Origin: an uncultured virus (IMG/VR IMGVR_UViG_3300034073_003023)
Lineage: Duplodnaviria; Heunggongvirae; Uroviricota; Caudoviricetes
IMG/VR virus record: IMGVR_UViG_3300034073_003023
Direction: 5' to 3' (one strand)
Length of the DNA stretch: 64,000 nucleotides
Program-made: the position numbers and the translations under genes
Notes under the pieces: generated by a model
What the model was told of the DNA's origin: nothing
The model's database searches: none
Seen by the model: only the letters and a program-made list of their open reading frames with translations
In this document: piece by piece, positions 27,601-36,391 of the stretch
How positions within the stretch are numbered: position 1 is the stretch's first letter
Layout: each line of letters starts with the position of its first letter

Positions 27601-28133
27601 AAAAAACCACCTTCAACTTGTTTCCAATTGTTTCCTCCAGCAAAAGTAGTGACTGGTGTGGATCTATTTCCATTAACTGTATCATTAATTCCAATGTTAA
27701 TATTATCTCCCCAACACCACAAACTTCCATCAGTTTTGATTGCAAAGGTAGAAAATCCAGACAATGCTATTTGTCTCCAGTCATTCCCTCCAGCAAATGT
27801 AGTAATTGGAGTTGATCTGACAGCCGGAGAAGATGTTATTCCATGTCCAAGTTGTCCATTAAATCCATAACCCCACATCCATAAGGTTCCATCAGTTTTA
27901 ATACCTCCAGAATGACCATTCCCTAAAGAAATTTGTTTCCAGTTACTTCCTCCAGAAAAAGTGGTAACTGGAGTAATTACAGATGTTACTGCAGTATTAT
28001 TACCAATTTCTCCACCATATCCTTGATGTCCCCATAACCACAATTGATCTCCAATATACTGATCAATTAACCAGTATTCGGTTACAAAATAATTTTCTAA
28101 GTCTCCTTCTGGGGATAAAAACTGATTAGGCAT
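24621..28133 (-). CDS. Large RCC1-repeat protein, 21 repeats (3 x 7)
   Basis: 21 repeats counted; two pairs of atypical linkers. Confidence 0.9.
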   Translation of the reverse strand: MPNQFLSPEGDLENYFVTEYWLIDQYIGDQLWLWGHQGYGGEIGNNTAVTSVITPVTTFSGGSNWKQISLGNGHSGGIKTDGTLWMWGYGFNGQLGHGITSSPAVRSTPITTFAGGNDWRQIALSGFSTFAIKTDGSLWCWGDNINIGINDTVNGNRSTPVTTFAGGNNWKQVEGGFFHVAAIKTDGTLWTWGAAFSGELGNGTTDVDAYTPITTFAGGTDWKQVSAGRGNTAAVKTDGTLWTWGFNGFNPDGSLGNNNGEPTSTPVTTFVGGTDWKQVVCGANHMLGIKTNGTLWSWGNSVYGQLGNGPLRIRYTPVTTFAGGTNWADTLTTEPEDLYTISSGSAIKTDGTLWTWGFGEKLGTNSTPTTVIYTPVTTFAGGTNWKQVHSSISSTLAIKTDGTLWAFGNNSNSQLGFFTSNIPFTPVTTFAGGTNWADTLTAEPEDLYTLSASNEHTIAIKTDGTLWVWGNGKNGRLGNGLTTTSAISTPITTFAGGTNWKQVSSSVSITSTFDNFATNSAIKTDGTLWTWGDGRFGLLGNADTTDRSTPITTFAGGTNWKQTSSGRFHIAAIKTDGTLWTWGLGTNSQLGNAVNNLSVTSTPLTTFAGGTDWKQVSAGGFHTAAIKTDGTLWVWGRMSYGSLGNALITGTRSTPVTTFAGGTNWKQVSSGNRHTAAIKTDGTLWVWGTTSNGRLGNTLIVGNRSTPITTFAGGTDWKQVSSGYAHTMAVKTDGTLWGWGNGLLGQLGNVLTANSSTPVTTFAGGTDWKQVSSGREHTVALKDNGVNKELFVWGNEYSGKIGNGFTSRRKAVFTPTTTFAGGTNWKQVSSQFNCGVAVKTDGTLWTWGVTTNGQLGNGVTVNSVVSTPVTTFAGGTNWKHVSNGAVHTAAIKTDGTLWVWGIGSSGHLGNADTTNKSTPVTTFAGGTNWKQVSAGDSITAAIKTDGTLWTWGSGNYGQLGNASLTNVSTPVTTFAGGTNWKQVCSQSNNLISIKTDGTLWTWGYNGYGFLGNKTLYASISNPNISTPVTTFAGGTNWRQVFTNNSSSFALRGDGINNELYVFGQNEDDTDLALGTPQNWSPKEVDGNATNWKQVGAGYGNTIAVKTDGTLWTWGYNSFGQVGNNFEQNYSNRFYSPVTTFAGGNNWKQVFFGRIHAAAIQSGISPDLPLS

Positions 28134-30830
28134 TTACTTTCCTCCAGCAATTTCTTTGATTGCTTCAATTAATACAGCAATTAAGTTTCCGTAAGAAACT
28201 GTTTTTAATCCTTTATCATTTGTGGTAACAACTTCTGGAAGTATCTTTTCCATTTCTTGAGCAATGACACCAATAGATGACTGATTATGGCCGTCCTTCC
28301 AATCATATTTAACACCATTCATTTGCATTACAAGTTCAAGAGCATTTTCAATTGGTCTAATGTTAGTTTTCTGTGATTCATCAGATAGTGAATTGAATAC
28401 AGTTGCAGATAAAGTTCCAGAGGAAGGATTATAAGTTAATTTATTTTCTGAAACTTTTAACTCAGAAAAGACCCCAGAAGTTACAGTAGAATATCCAACA
28501 TAATAAGTTTCATTAGTTGATTCATCATTTACTACAGTTAAAGAAGCAGAACTCCCTTGAGTTCCTTGGATTCCTTGATTTGATAATCCCTGCAATCCCT
28601 GTAATCCTTGTCTTCCTTGAACACCTTGAGAACCCTGAACACCCTGATCTCCTTGTGCTCCAACTCCACCAAAGGTTCCTTGTGATCCTTGAATTCCTTG
28701 TCTTCCTTGAGTTCCTTGAACCCCTTGGTCTCCTTGTGCTCCAACTCCACCAAAAGTTCCTTGGGATCCTTGAATTCCTTGTCTTCCTTGAGAACCCTGA
28801 ACACCCTGATCTCCTTGTGCTCCAACTCCACCAAAGGTTCCTTGTGATCCTTGAATTCCTTGTCTTCCTTGAGTTCCTTGGACTCCTTGATTACCTTGAT
28901 TACCTTGCAATCCTTGAGTTCCCTGAGGACCACTTATATTTCCTATATTAATCCAATTACCACTTCCAACATATACCCAAAGGTCATTTAATGCATCATC
29001 AAGAACAGCATTACCAAGTTCTGCAGATGGGAAAGCAGCATTTAAAGTAGTTTCTGGATCATTAGGAGGTGCTACATTTACATCAGGAACGGATCCAATA
29101 ATAATAGTTGCTTGTCCATTAGCACCTTGAACCCCTTGAAGTCCCTGTCTTCCTTGATTTCCTTGAGTTCCTTGAATTCCTTGAACACCTTGATCCCCTT
29201 GTAAACCAACGGCACCAAAAAGACCTTGAACACCTTGAACACCTTGAACACCTTGATTTCCTTGATTTCCTTGATTGCCTTGTAATCCTTGATTTCCTTG
29301 AACTCCTTGGTTTCCTTGATTGCCTTGAATTCCTTGGTTACTTAATCCTTGAACACCCTGATTTCCTTGAACTCCTTGGTTTCCTTGGGTTCCTTGTATA
29401 CCTTGATCCCCTTGTAAACCAACGGCACCAAAAAGACCTTGAACACCTTGAACACCTTGATTGCCTTGATTACCTTGAACTCCTTGATTACTTAAACCTT
29501 GAAGACCTTGAACCCCTTGGTTTCCTTGATTACCCTGGTTTCCTTGAAGACCCTGATTACCTTGATTACCTTGAACACCTTGATTGCCTTGGTTTCCCTG
29601 GAGTCCTTGATTACCTTGGAGTCCTTGATTACCTTGAACACCTTGGTTTCCTTGATTGCCTTGAACACCTTGGTTGCTTAATCCCTGAAGACCTTGATTT
29701 CCTTGAACCCCTTGAGATCCTTGATCTCCCTGAATACCTTGGGATCCTTGTAAACCAACTGCTCCAAAAGTTCCTTGGTTTCCTTGATTACCTTGCAAAC
29801 CTTGGTTACCTTGATTACCTTGGACTCCTTGATTACTTAAACCTTGAAGTCCTTGATTGCCTTGATTCCCTTGAAGTCCCTGGTTTCCTTGGACACCTTG
29901 GTTTCCTTGATTGCCCTGTAAACCTTGGTTTCCTTGATTTCCTTGGACCCCTTGATTGCCTTGATTTCCTTGTAATCCTTGGGTTCCCTGAGGACCACTT
30001 ATATTTCCAATGTTGGTCCAATTGCCACTTCCAAGATAAACCCAAAGATCATTTAATGCATCATCTAAGACTGCATTGCCAAGTTCTGCAGATGGGAAAG
30101 CAGTGTTTAAAGTAGTTTCTGGATCATTAGGAGGCGCTACATTTACATCAGGAACGGATCCAATAATAATAGTTGCTTGCCCAGTAGTTCCCTGAGTACC
30201 TTGAACACCAAAAGGACCTTGATTTCCTTGATTACCTTGAACACCTTGATTACTTAAACCTTGAAGACCTTGAACACCCTGAACACCTTGGTCTCCCTGA
30301 ACACCTTGATTACCTTGAACACCTTGATTACTTAAACCTTGTAATCCTTGAACTCCTTGATCACCTTGTAATCCTTGAACACCCTGAACACCTTGGTCTC
30401 CCTGAAGACCTTGATTACCTTGTAATCCTTGGTTGCCTTGCAATCCTTGGTTGCCTTGAACACCCTGGTTTCCTTGATGTCCCTGAAGACCCTGATTACC
30501 TTGTAGACCTTGATTACCTTGTAATCCTTGGACTCCCTGGTTACCTTGTAGACCCTGAATACCTTGCGTTACAACATCTCTAGATGGAACCCAGAATCTT
30601 TCTCCCTCATACCCATCAGCAGCAATTAGAACATAATGCTCTACTGGAACTTTAATAGGACTTTCTGGAGTTCCTGGTGTAAAAGGATTAGTTCCAACAG
30701 AAGAAACACCAACATTAGGATCACCTAAATCAGGTTCTGCCTGTTCCAATCCAAGGAATTCATATCTATCAGATGTAATTCCTGATTGAGGTAATCTTTG
30801 TACTCTTCCTGTTGTATATTTCTTAGTCAT
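28134..30830 (-). CDS. Collagen-like (G-X-Q) tail fibre with C-terminal intramolecular chaperone (peptidase S74)
   Basis: Long GxQ triplet runs; SDESQKTNI...GVIAQEMEKILPEVV...VSYGNLIAVLIEAIKE. Confidence 0.85.
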   Translation of the reverse strand: MTKKYTTGRVQRLPQSGITSDRYEFLGLEQAEPDLGDPNVGVSSVGTNPFTPGTPESPIKVPVEHYVLIAADGYEGERFWVPSRDVVTQGIQGLQGNQGVQGLQGNQGLQGNQGLQGHQGNQGVQGNQGLQGNQGLQGNQGLQGDQGVQGVQGLQGDQGVQGLQGLSNQGVQGNQGVQGDQGVQGVQGLQGLSNQGVQGNQGNQGPFGVQGTQGTTGQATIIIGSVPDVNVAPPNDPETTLNTAFPSAELGNAVLDDALNDLWVYLGSGNWTNIGNISGPQGTQGLQGNQGNQGVQGNQGNQGLQGNQGNQGVQGNQGLQGNQGNQGLQGLSNQGVQGNQGNQGLQGNQGNQGTFGAVGLQGSQGIQGDQGSQGVQGNQGLQGLSNQGVQGNQGNQGVQGNQGLQGNQGLQGNQGNQGVQGNQGNQGLQGNQGNQGNQGVQGLQGLSNQGVQGNQGNQGVQGVQGLFGAVGLQGDQGIQGTQGNQGVQGNQGVQGLSNQGIQGNQGNQGVQGNQGLQGNQGNQGNQGVQGVQGVQGLFGAVGLQGDQGVQGIQGTQGNQGRQGLQGVQGANGQATIIIGSVPDVNVAPPNDPETTLNAAFPSAELGNAVLDDALNDLWVYVGSGNWINIGNISGPQGTQGLQGNQGNQGVQGTQGRQGIQGSQGTFGGVGAQGDQGVQGSQGRQGIQGSQGTFGGVGAQGDQGVQGTQGRQGIQGSQGTFGGVGAQGDQGVQGSQGVQGRQGLQGLQGLSNQGIQGTQGSSASLTVVNDESTNETYYVGYSTVTSGVFSELKVSENKLTYNPSSGTLSATVFNSLSDESQKTNIRPIENALELVMQMNGVKYDWKDGHNQSSIGVIAQEMEKILPEVVTTNDKGLKTVSYGNLIAVLIEAIKEIAGGK

Positions 30831-30835
30831 TTACT

Positions 30836-31195
30836 TTACTGTTTTGCAGTTTCTAAAACGCTTAAAATTAATTCTAATGTATTATTTTCATCAGCTTGCA
30901 TTTTTATTACATCATTAGTTTCTAATGCCAATCTTCCATCAGGAATTAAGTTCAATCCATCATAAGGGGGGATGGAAATTTCATTTGCAAACTTAAAATC
31001 AGCACGAGGTTCAACTGATCTTGAATGAACTGCAGTAACTTTATATGTTCCCTCAGAACTTCCAGTTGAAACATTAGTAACTTGGGAAAGTATTACAATA
31101 GATGCAACACCAATCGGACAAGTATAGATTCCTACCATTTCAGTAGTTAATCCTACTCTTATTGTTCTAAATTTATTTAATGCAATTTTTGCCAT
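30836..31195 (-). CDS. Virion-associated hypothetical protein
   Basis: IYTCPIGVASIVILSQVTN; lies between fibre genes. Confidence 0.65.
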   Translation of the reverse strand: MAKIALNKFRTIRVGLTTEMVGIYTCPIGVASIVILSQVTNVSTGSSEGTYKVTAVHSRSVEPRADFKFANEISIPPYDGLNLIPDGRLALETNDVIKMQADENNTLELILSVLETAKQ

Positions 31196-31196
31196 T

Positions 31197-34100
31197 TTAC
31201 TTACTTATTCCTAGAATTAATGGTGTTACTGTATTTAACAAACTTTGGCTAAATGCCCTACCACTAATAGTTCCAGTAATCTGGTTAATAACAATGTCAT
31301 CTCCAATTTTAAAGTTGCCTGCCTGATCAGTACTGGTATAAACAACTTCACCACCATTGAGTTTTACAACCTCATTTTCTGGAATTAGTACACCACCCAA
31401 AGCAGGTTTTGCGGTGTTGATGTTATTTCCAGTTCCAACCCATTCAAATGAGTGAGAAGAAGTGATTTGTAAACTTAAACGACTAAAGTAAACAGTTGTT
31501 CCTGCACTTACTGTATTATTTAGATTCTGTTGAAGAACGATTGTAGAAATACCGGCAACAGGTAGTGTCGCACTTTCGATTGTATAATATGTTGGGTATA
31601 TTGTAGTATGAGCAGTTGCTTGAACTGCATTTGGTCCAGGTGGTGGGGGAGCAATTGTAACTGAAGGTGCAGTTCTATACTGACTTCCTGTTGCAATTAC
31701 ATCAATAGAAACAACTTTTCCATCAACAATATTTGGTGATGCTTCCGCACGAATTCCAAATGCATCTTCTGGAGGTGCTTCTATTGTTACAAGTGGAGGA
31801 TTAAGTTCAGAATATCCACTACCAACATTATCCATTTCAATTGTCTGAACAATATAGAATAGTTCTCCAAAGTATAGTGCCTGACCATCATAAGGACGAT
31901 AAGAACCTATACCTGATACTATGACCGTATCTTGTTCGACAGGAGCATTTTGTTCTACTACACCAGTATATCTGTAGATTGATTTTGAAGTTCTATCACC
32001 AACACCATCAGCAACAAGTCCAAGTCTTCCGAAAGAAGAGTTGGAGTTTGTAAGGTCGCATTGTCCACCAGATGCAGTAAAGATTGCAATGTCATTACAA
32101 ATTGTGAAGATAGAAACTAACTGAGAATATGCACCATTAGTAATGGAAACACCAATTCCCCCCTGATTATACTGAGTATAAGAGTCAACACTCATAGAAC
32201 CAGTAACACCAATATCTACTTGGTCTCCAGGTTCTGCTTCAAATCCATCAACTTTCATTCCAATACTATTGGGAACAAAGTTAGTGCAGTTTCTCACATA
32301 AGGACCTTGTGTAATTGGTCCGACTCCTGGAGAATAAGGTGGTTTTACATAACCTCCTTGAACATATTCGTGAGGTATTGTTGAAGGTCCAACTCTAACC
32401 ACAAATGTTGTTCCTGCACCTATAACATCAGTAACTCTGAATTTATAACCTTCACTTCCAGTTGGATATATTGTAGTTGTTCCTGCACCACTTGTGCAAC
32501 TAAATTCCAAATCTCTAATAGTGACTACATCATTAACTCTTACATAAGCACCAGGAGCAGTAATGGTGGTAATTCCAGTTGTATGATCATAAATTGCATC
32601 ATCAATAGCAACTGAACGATCTACAACATATCCTGTTCCAAAAACATATTCACGAACAATTGTTGATATTCCAGTATTAATAACAACTGAACCATCTTCA
32701 TTTACTCTATCAATATAATAATTGTATCCGAATTGATCATTAGTATAAGATTCTATAAAGATTGAATCAGAAAAGAAAATATAAAAAAGATCTCTTACTT
32801 CAATTAAATCTCCTTTTTTAGCGTTTAATGGAGATGCTGTTGTAATAGTTATTTCTCCATTTTGTGGATTATAAGGAGCATCAATAATTTCTACTTTTCC
32901 TTCAAATCCAACCCCACTATTTCCAGGATAAGAAGTTGTGATTCCAGATTCTGATCCAAGTCCAACGATTGTAGTAACAACTCCAACACAAGACCTTATT
33001 GCAGAAATTACATTTGAACATCCGTTAATTGCATTATTAAATCCAGTTTCAAAATCTGGCTGCATTCCCAAATCTTTTACTTGATAAAATTCATTTTGGA
33101 AACTTGTGTATTTTTGAACAGTTCCTCCAGAAACATAATTGTGAGGTAGTGTTGATTGTCCTACAACGACTTCAAAGTTATCGTCATCTATTACATCTAA
33201 AACATTAAATACATATCCATAAGCACCAGTTGGATAAGTTAGTGTAAGAACTCCACCATCAGAAGGACAAGTAAATCCTAATCCAACAATTTTTACTGCA
33301 TCATTTTGATTTAAATTATGATTTTCTGCGGTAATCGTTACAATACCTGTAACATTATCATACTCAGCAAATGTTACATCAGTAGCAACTCCTACAGGAT
33401 AACCTCCCCAAGTGCAGTTATTAACTACTGAACGAGCAACATTAAAAGAATAATCTAATGTTGCAATTGTTTGCTCGACTTCTCCAGGATTTTTTAGAAT
33501 TTCTGGAATTAAATTCCAATTTTCATCATAATAAGTTTCTCCTGCCATCACACAACGAGAATTTCCACCTCTTGTAATATCAAAACAAATTGCTCTCCAA
33601 ATATCTTTTACATCATCTGCACAGTCTTGACTCTCAAGAGTAACTCCAAATTCAATTGCTGGTGCTTGTTCAGTCCCTAATCCAACAATACTTGTAACAA
33701 TTCCAGAAAGAGTTTCAATTCTTACAATTGTATCTCCACATCCACCAGGAACTAGAATTGGAGAATAACTACTAGTATCTTGACTTAAAGAAGTATATTG
33801 ATCTGGATAAGACTCATTATTAATAACGTAAGTTACAATACCAACTGCGTGTTGAATCGCATCTACAGTTGCTTCACGAACACTATAACCATTTACATCA
33901 GTTCCTGTAATATGTTGTAGTGCTCCCGCATTATCATAATAAGATAATCCAGCACCGACAGATTTCTTATTACTTCCTGCTTTTAAGTCATAAGAAATTG
34001 AGCGAAGAATATCTTTAATATCATCCTCACAATCTTCAGGAACAGTGGGAACTACAAATGCAGGAGACTTGTAATCTGTAGAAGTAAGGAATCCAATTGT

Positions 34101-35114
34101 TTCTGATGCAATATAATCAAGATTTAAGTCTATAAGTCTAGCAGCATCTTGTTCTCTATGACTTCCAGCAAAACCACTGAATCCACTTGTTAAGAAACCA
34201 ACTGCTTCTTTTGCAATATAATCAAGATTCAAACGAAGCATTCTTGCTCCATCAAAAAATCTATCAACCTGAACACCTTCAAGGGGTTCAAATGATACAA
34301 TAGCAGCACCATTAGTCATTTCAGGACCAATGAAACTTATATCAGTAATATGACAACCATTGTTTACATAAAATAAATCTAGATCAGGGAATCTTGGAGT
34401 GACTACACAGTTTCTTAATTCTGTTCCTTCTACGGAAACTGTTTTCTTTAAAACTATGGGATTATCTTCTACATAAACTCCAGGATAAACTTTAATAGTA
34501 TCACCAAAGTTTGCTATTTGTGCTGCTGCTTTAATTGTTCTTTTTGAATGATTTTCAGTTAATCCAGTATTATTATCATCACCATTTTGAGTGACGAAGA
34601 TTGTTTTCCCAGTAGGTTTATATGCGTCTATTGTAACTATACCTTTTCCTGGATTTTGAGTAGCATCAATTTGAATGCCTATTCCAGGAACAATTTGAGT
34701 TACAATACCTACAAGATTTACACCATCACCAAAGTATTCAATGGCAGTTACATCACCAGAAACAGTTACATCATCTCCAAATGTTCCAGTGGATCCAACA
34801 TCTAAAGTACTGCCAACTACAAGTTCCTGTCCAATATCGGCAGAACCAGAAGCATTTATATTTCCATCTATACCGACACCACCTTCAACTACAAGAGATC
34901 CAGTGCTTACTGAAGTAGACTCTGTAGTATTTGTGAAATTAACTAGTCCTGTTGCGGTTAAAGGACCATCAAATGTTCCACCACCTACAACATCTAAGGT
35001 TCTTTGGGGATCGGTGGTTCCAATACCAACTCTATCCCTAACACCATCAGCATAAATTAGATTTTCATCAACTTCAAGACCATTTTTTACGACGAAATTT
35101 TTGTTTATGCCCAT
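31197..35114 (-). CDS. Large virion structural protein (fibre/baseplate-associated, pectin-lyase-like beta-helix segments)
   Basis: NKNFVVKNGL start, RVGIGTT, TIKVYPGVYVE, PYVRNCTNF, YTSTDQAGNFKIG. Confidence 0.7.
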   Translation of the reverse strand: MGINKNFVVKNGLEVDENLIYADGVRDRVGIGTTDPQRTLDVVGGGTFDGPLTATGLVNFTNTTESTSVSTGSLVVEGGVGIDGNINASGSADIGQELVVGSTLDVGSTGTFGDDVTVSGDVTAIEYFGDGVNLVGIVTQIVPGIGIQIDATQNPGKGIVTIDAYKPTGKTIFVTQNGDDNNTGLTENHSKRTIKAAAQIANFGDTIKVYPGVYVEDNPIVLKKTVSVEGTELRNCVVTPRFPDLDLFYVNNGCHITDISFIGPEMTNGAAIVSFEPLEGVQVDRFFDGARMLRLNLDYIAKEAVGFLTSGFSGFAGSHREQDAARLIDLNLDYIASETIGFLTSTDYKSPAFVVPTVPEDCEDDIKDILRSISYDLKAGSNKKSVGAGLSYYDNAGALQHITGTDVNGYSVREATVDAIQHAVGIVTYVINNESYPDQYTSLSQDTSSYSPILVPGGCGDTIVRIETLSGIVTSIVGLGTEQAPAIEFGVTLESQDCADDVKDIWRAICFDITRGGNSRCVMAGETYYDENWNLIPEILKNPGEVEQTIATLDYSFNVARSVVNNCTWGGYPVGVATDVTFAEYDNVTGIVTITAENHNLNQNDAVKIVGLGFTCPSDGGVLTLTYPTGAYGYVFNVLDVIDDDNFEVVVGQSTLPHNYVSGGTVQKYTSFQNEFYQVKDLGMQPDFETGFNNAINGCSNVISAIRSCVGVVTTIVGLGSESGITTSYPGNSGVGFEGKVEIIDAPYNPQNGEITITTASPLNAKKGDLIEVRDLFYIFFSDSIFIESYTNDQFGYNYYIDRVNEDGSVVINTGISTIVREYVFGTGYVVDRSVAIDDAIYDHTTGITTITAPGAYVRVNDVVTIRDLEFSCTSGAGTTTIYPTGSEGYKFRVTDVIGAGTTFVVRVGPSTIPHEYVQGGYVKPPYSPGVGPITQGPYVRNCTNFVPNSIGMKVDGFEAEPGDQVDIGVTGSMSVDSYTQYNQGGIGVSITNGAYSQLVSIFTICNDIAIFTASGGQCDLTNSNSSFGRLGLVADGVGDRTSKSIYRYTGVVEQNAPVEQDTVIVSGIGSYRPYDGQALYFGELFYIVQTIEMDNVGSGYSELNPPLVTIEAPPEDAFGIRAEASPNIVDGKVVSIDVIATGSQYRTAPSVTIAPPPPGPNAVQATAHTTIYPTYYTIESATLPVAGISTIVLQQNLNNTVSAGTTVYFSRLSLQITSSHSFEWVGTGNNINTAKPALGGVLIPENEVVKLNGGEVVYTSTDQAGNFKIGDDIVINQITGTISGRAFSQSLLNTVTPLILGISK

Positions 35115-35166
35115 TTTTTTAAAGGTTCACTATCCCCTTTTTTTATTATTTAGAATAGTTATATTT

Positions 35167-36387
35167 TTATGCTCTAAATGTTAAATTCAAACTAGTAGAA
35201 TGTCTAGTATTGCTTCCAAAAATTAAATATTTCCAAGTCGTATCAGGATTACCATTTCTTCTTATAACATTTGCATTTGGATCGGAATTAACATCTCCCA
35301 TATTATCTAATATAGTTGAGGATCTATATCTAACAATAACAACTCCAGTTCCACCTACCCCGGCACCATTTATTCCTTCAAACCCATTAGCAGCATATCT
35401 AGATCCTCCACCTCCACCTCCTCCAGTTCTGTTATATCCATCTCGATTTAATTGAGAATCTTCTGAAATAGGATTTGTTCCATCACCTCCACCATTTCTT
35501 CCTGGATTTTGAGTTGCTGTATCAGTAACTGAACTTCCACCTCCACCACCTCCTCCAAATCCATCAACTGCTTTTATTCGGTTAGATTCACTTCTTACAT
35601 TAAAACTAGCACCATTAAGAAATCCAACACCAATCCCAGCACCTCCGTCACCTGAAGAATCTGGTTCTGGCCTACCAGCAGTAAACCAACCTCTTCCACC
35701 TACACCAGTAGTACCTCCTCCACCCCCAGCTTCTGAACTATTAGCTCTCACAAACACTGCACCACCTCCACGATTTCCAATACAAGTATCTCCAGCTTGA
35801 CAAGTATTTCCATTAACTGCTAATCCATACCTATTGTCTGGTTCATCAACCCTAGCATTTCCTTGTCCTCCACCATTTCCACCATTTCTACCTCTGCGAT
35901 CATTCGCATTAGTTTTAGAACCACCTCCACCACCTCCACCACCTAAGGAGAGATATGTCACATTATTATGAGTAAAAGAACTACTTTTCCCATCTTGTCC
36001 TGGTCTACCATCTTGAATAACTCCATCAACACCTCCAACTGTAATGGCATAATCTACTCCAGGTATTACAAATAAATTATTTACAATTTGTGCAAATCCA
36101 CCACCACCTCCACCACCACAATTTCCATTATCATTACCATCAGGGGTTCCTCCTCCACCACCAGAACCAACAATAAGAACATCAATAAAATAGCCAGCAC
36201 TAACACCTCTAAAATCTGAATATGCTATAGAATTAGGTGCTGCTGGTAGAGTGTAAAGAGCACCATCTTTTGATGCTCTTTGTCCTCTATACTCACTAAG
36301 TTTCATAGGTCTTCCACCATCAATAGAATCGGGAAACTCCTTATCAATATCATCTCCACTTAATTCTCCATCAATTGGTAATGCCAT
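35167..36387 (-). CDS. Glycine-rich adhesin (T-even gp38-like)
   Basis: MALPIDGELSGDDIDKEF N-terminus; polyglycine motifs GGGGGGG; GGTGVVIVRY; follows an S74 fibre. Confidence 0.7.
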   Translation of the reverse strand: MALPIDGELSGDDIDKEFPDSIDGGRPMKLSEYRGQRASKDGALYTLPAAPNSIAYSDFRGVSAGYFIDVLIVGSGGGGGTPDGNDNGNCGGGGGGGFAQIVNNLFVIPGVDYAITVGGVDGVIQDGRPGQDGKSSSFTHNNVTYLSLGGGGGGGGSKTNANDRRGRNGGNGGGQGNARVDEPDNRYGLAVNGNTCQAGDTCIGNRGGGAVFVRANSSEAGGGGGTTGVGGRGWFTAGRPEPDSSGDGGAGIGVGFLNGASFNVRSESNRIKAVDGFGGGGGGGSSVTDTATQNPGRNGGGDGTNPISEDSQLNRDGYNRTGGGGGGGSRYAANGFEGINGAGVGGTGVVIVRYRSSTILDNMGDVNSDPNANVIRRNGNPDTTWKYLIFGSNTRHSTSLNLTFRA

Positions 36388-36391
36388 TGAA

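Noticed and set aside
17165..28133. CRISPR-like repeat/spacer pattern
   Set aside because: The repeats are in-frame RCC1 codons with a period of roughly 150-170 bp and two conserved blocks per unit; no cas genes or leader.
17165..28133. Diversity-generating retroelement
   Set aside because: No reverse transcriptase in the window, and no non-coding template repeat differing only at adenines was seen. An RT elsewhere in the genome cannot be excluded.
28134..30830. Prolyl hydroxylation of the collagen by neighbouring 2OG oxygenases
   Set aside because: The G-X-Q triplets contain almost no proline, so the classical substrate is absent.
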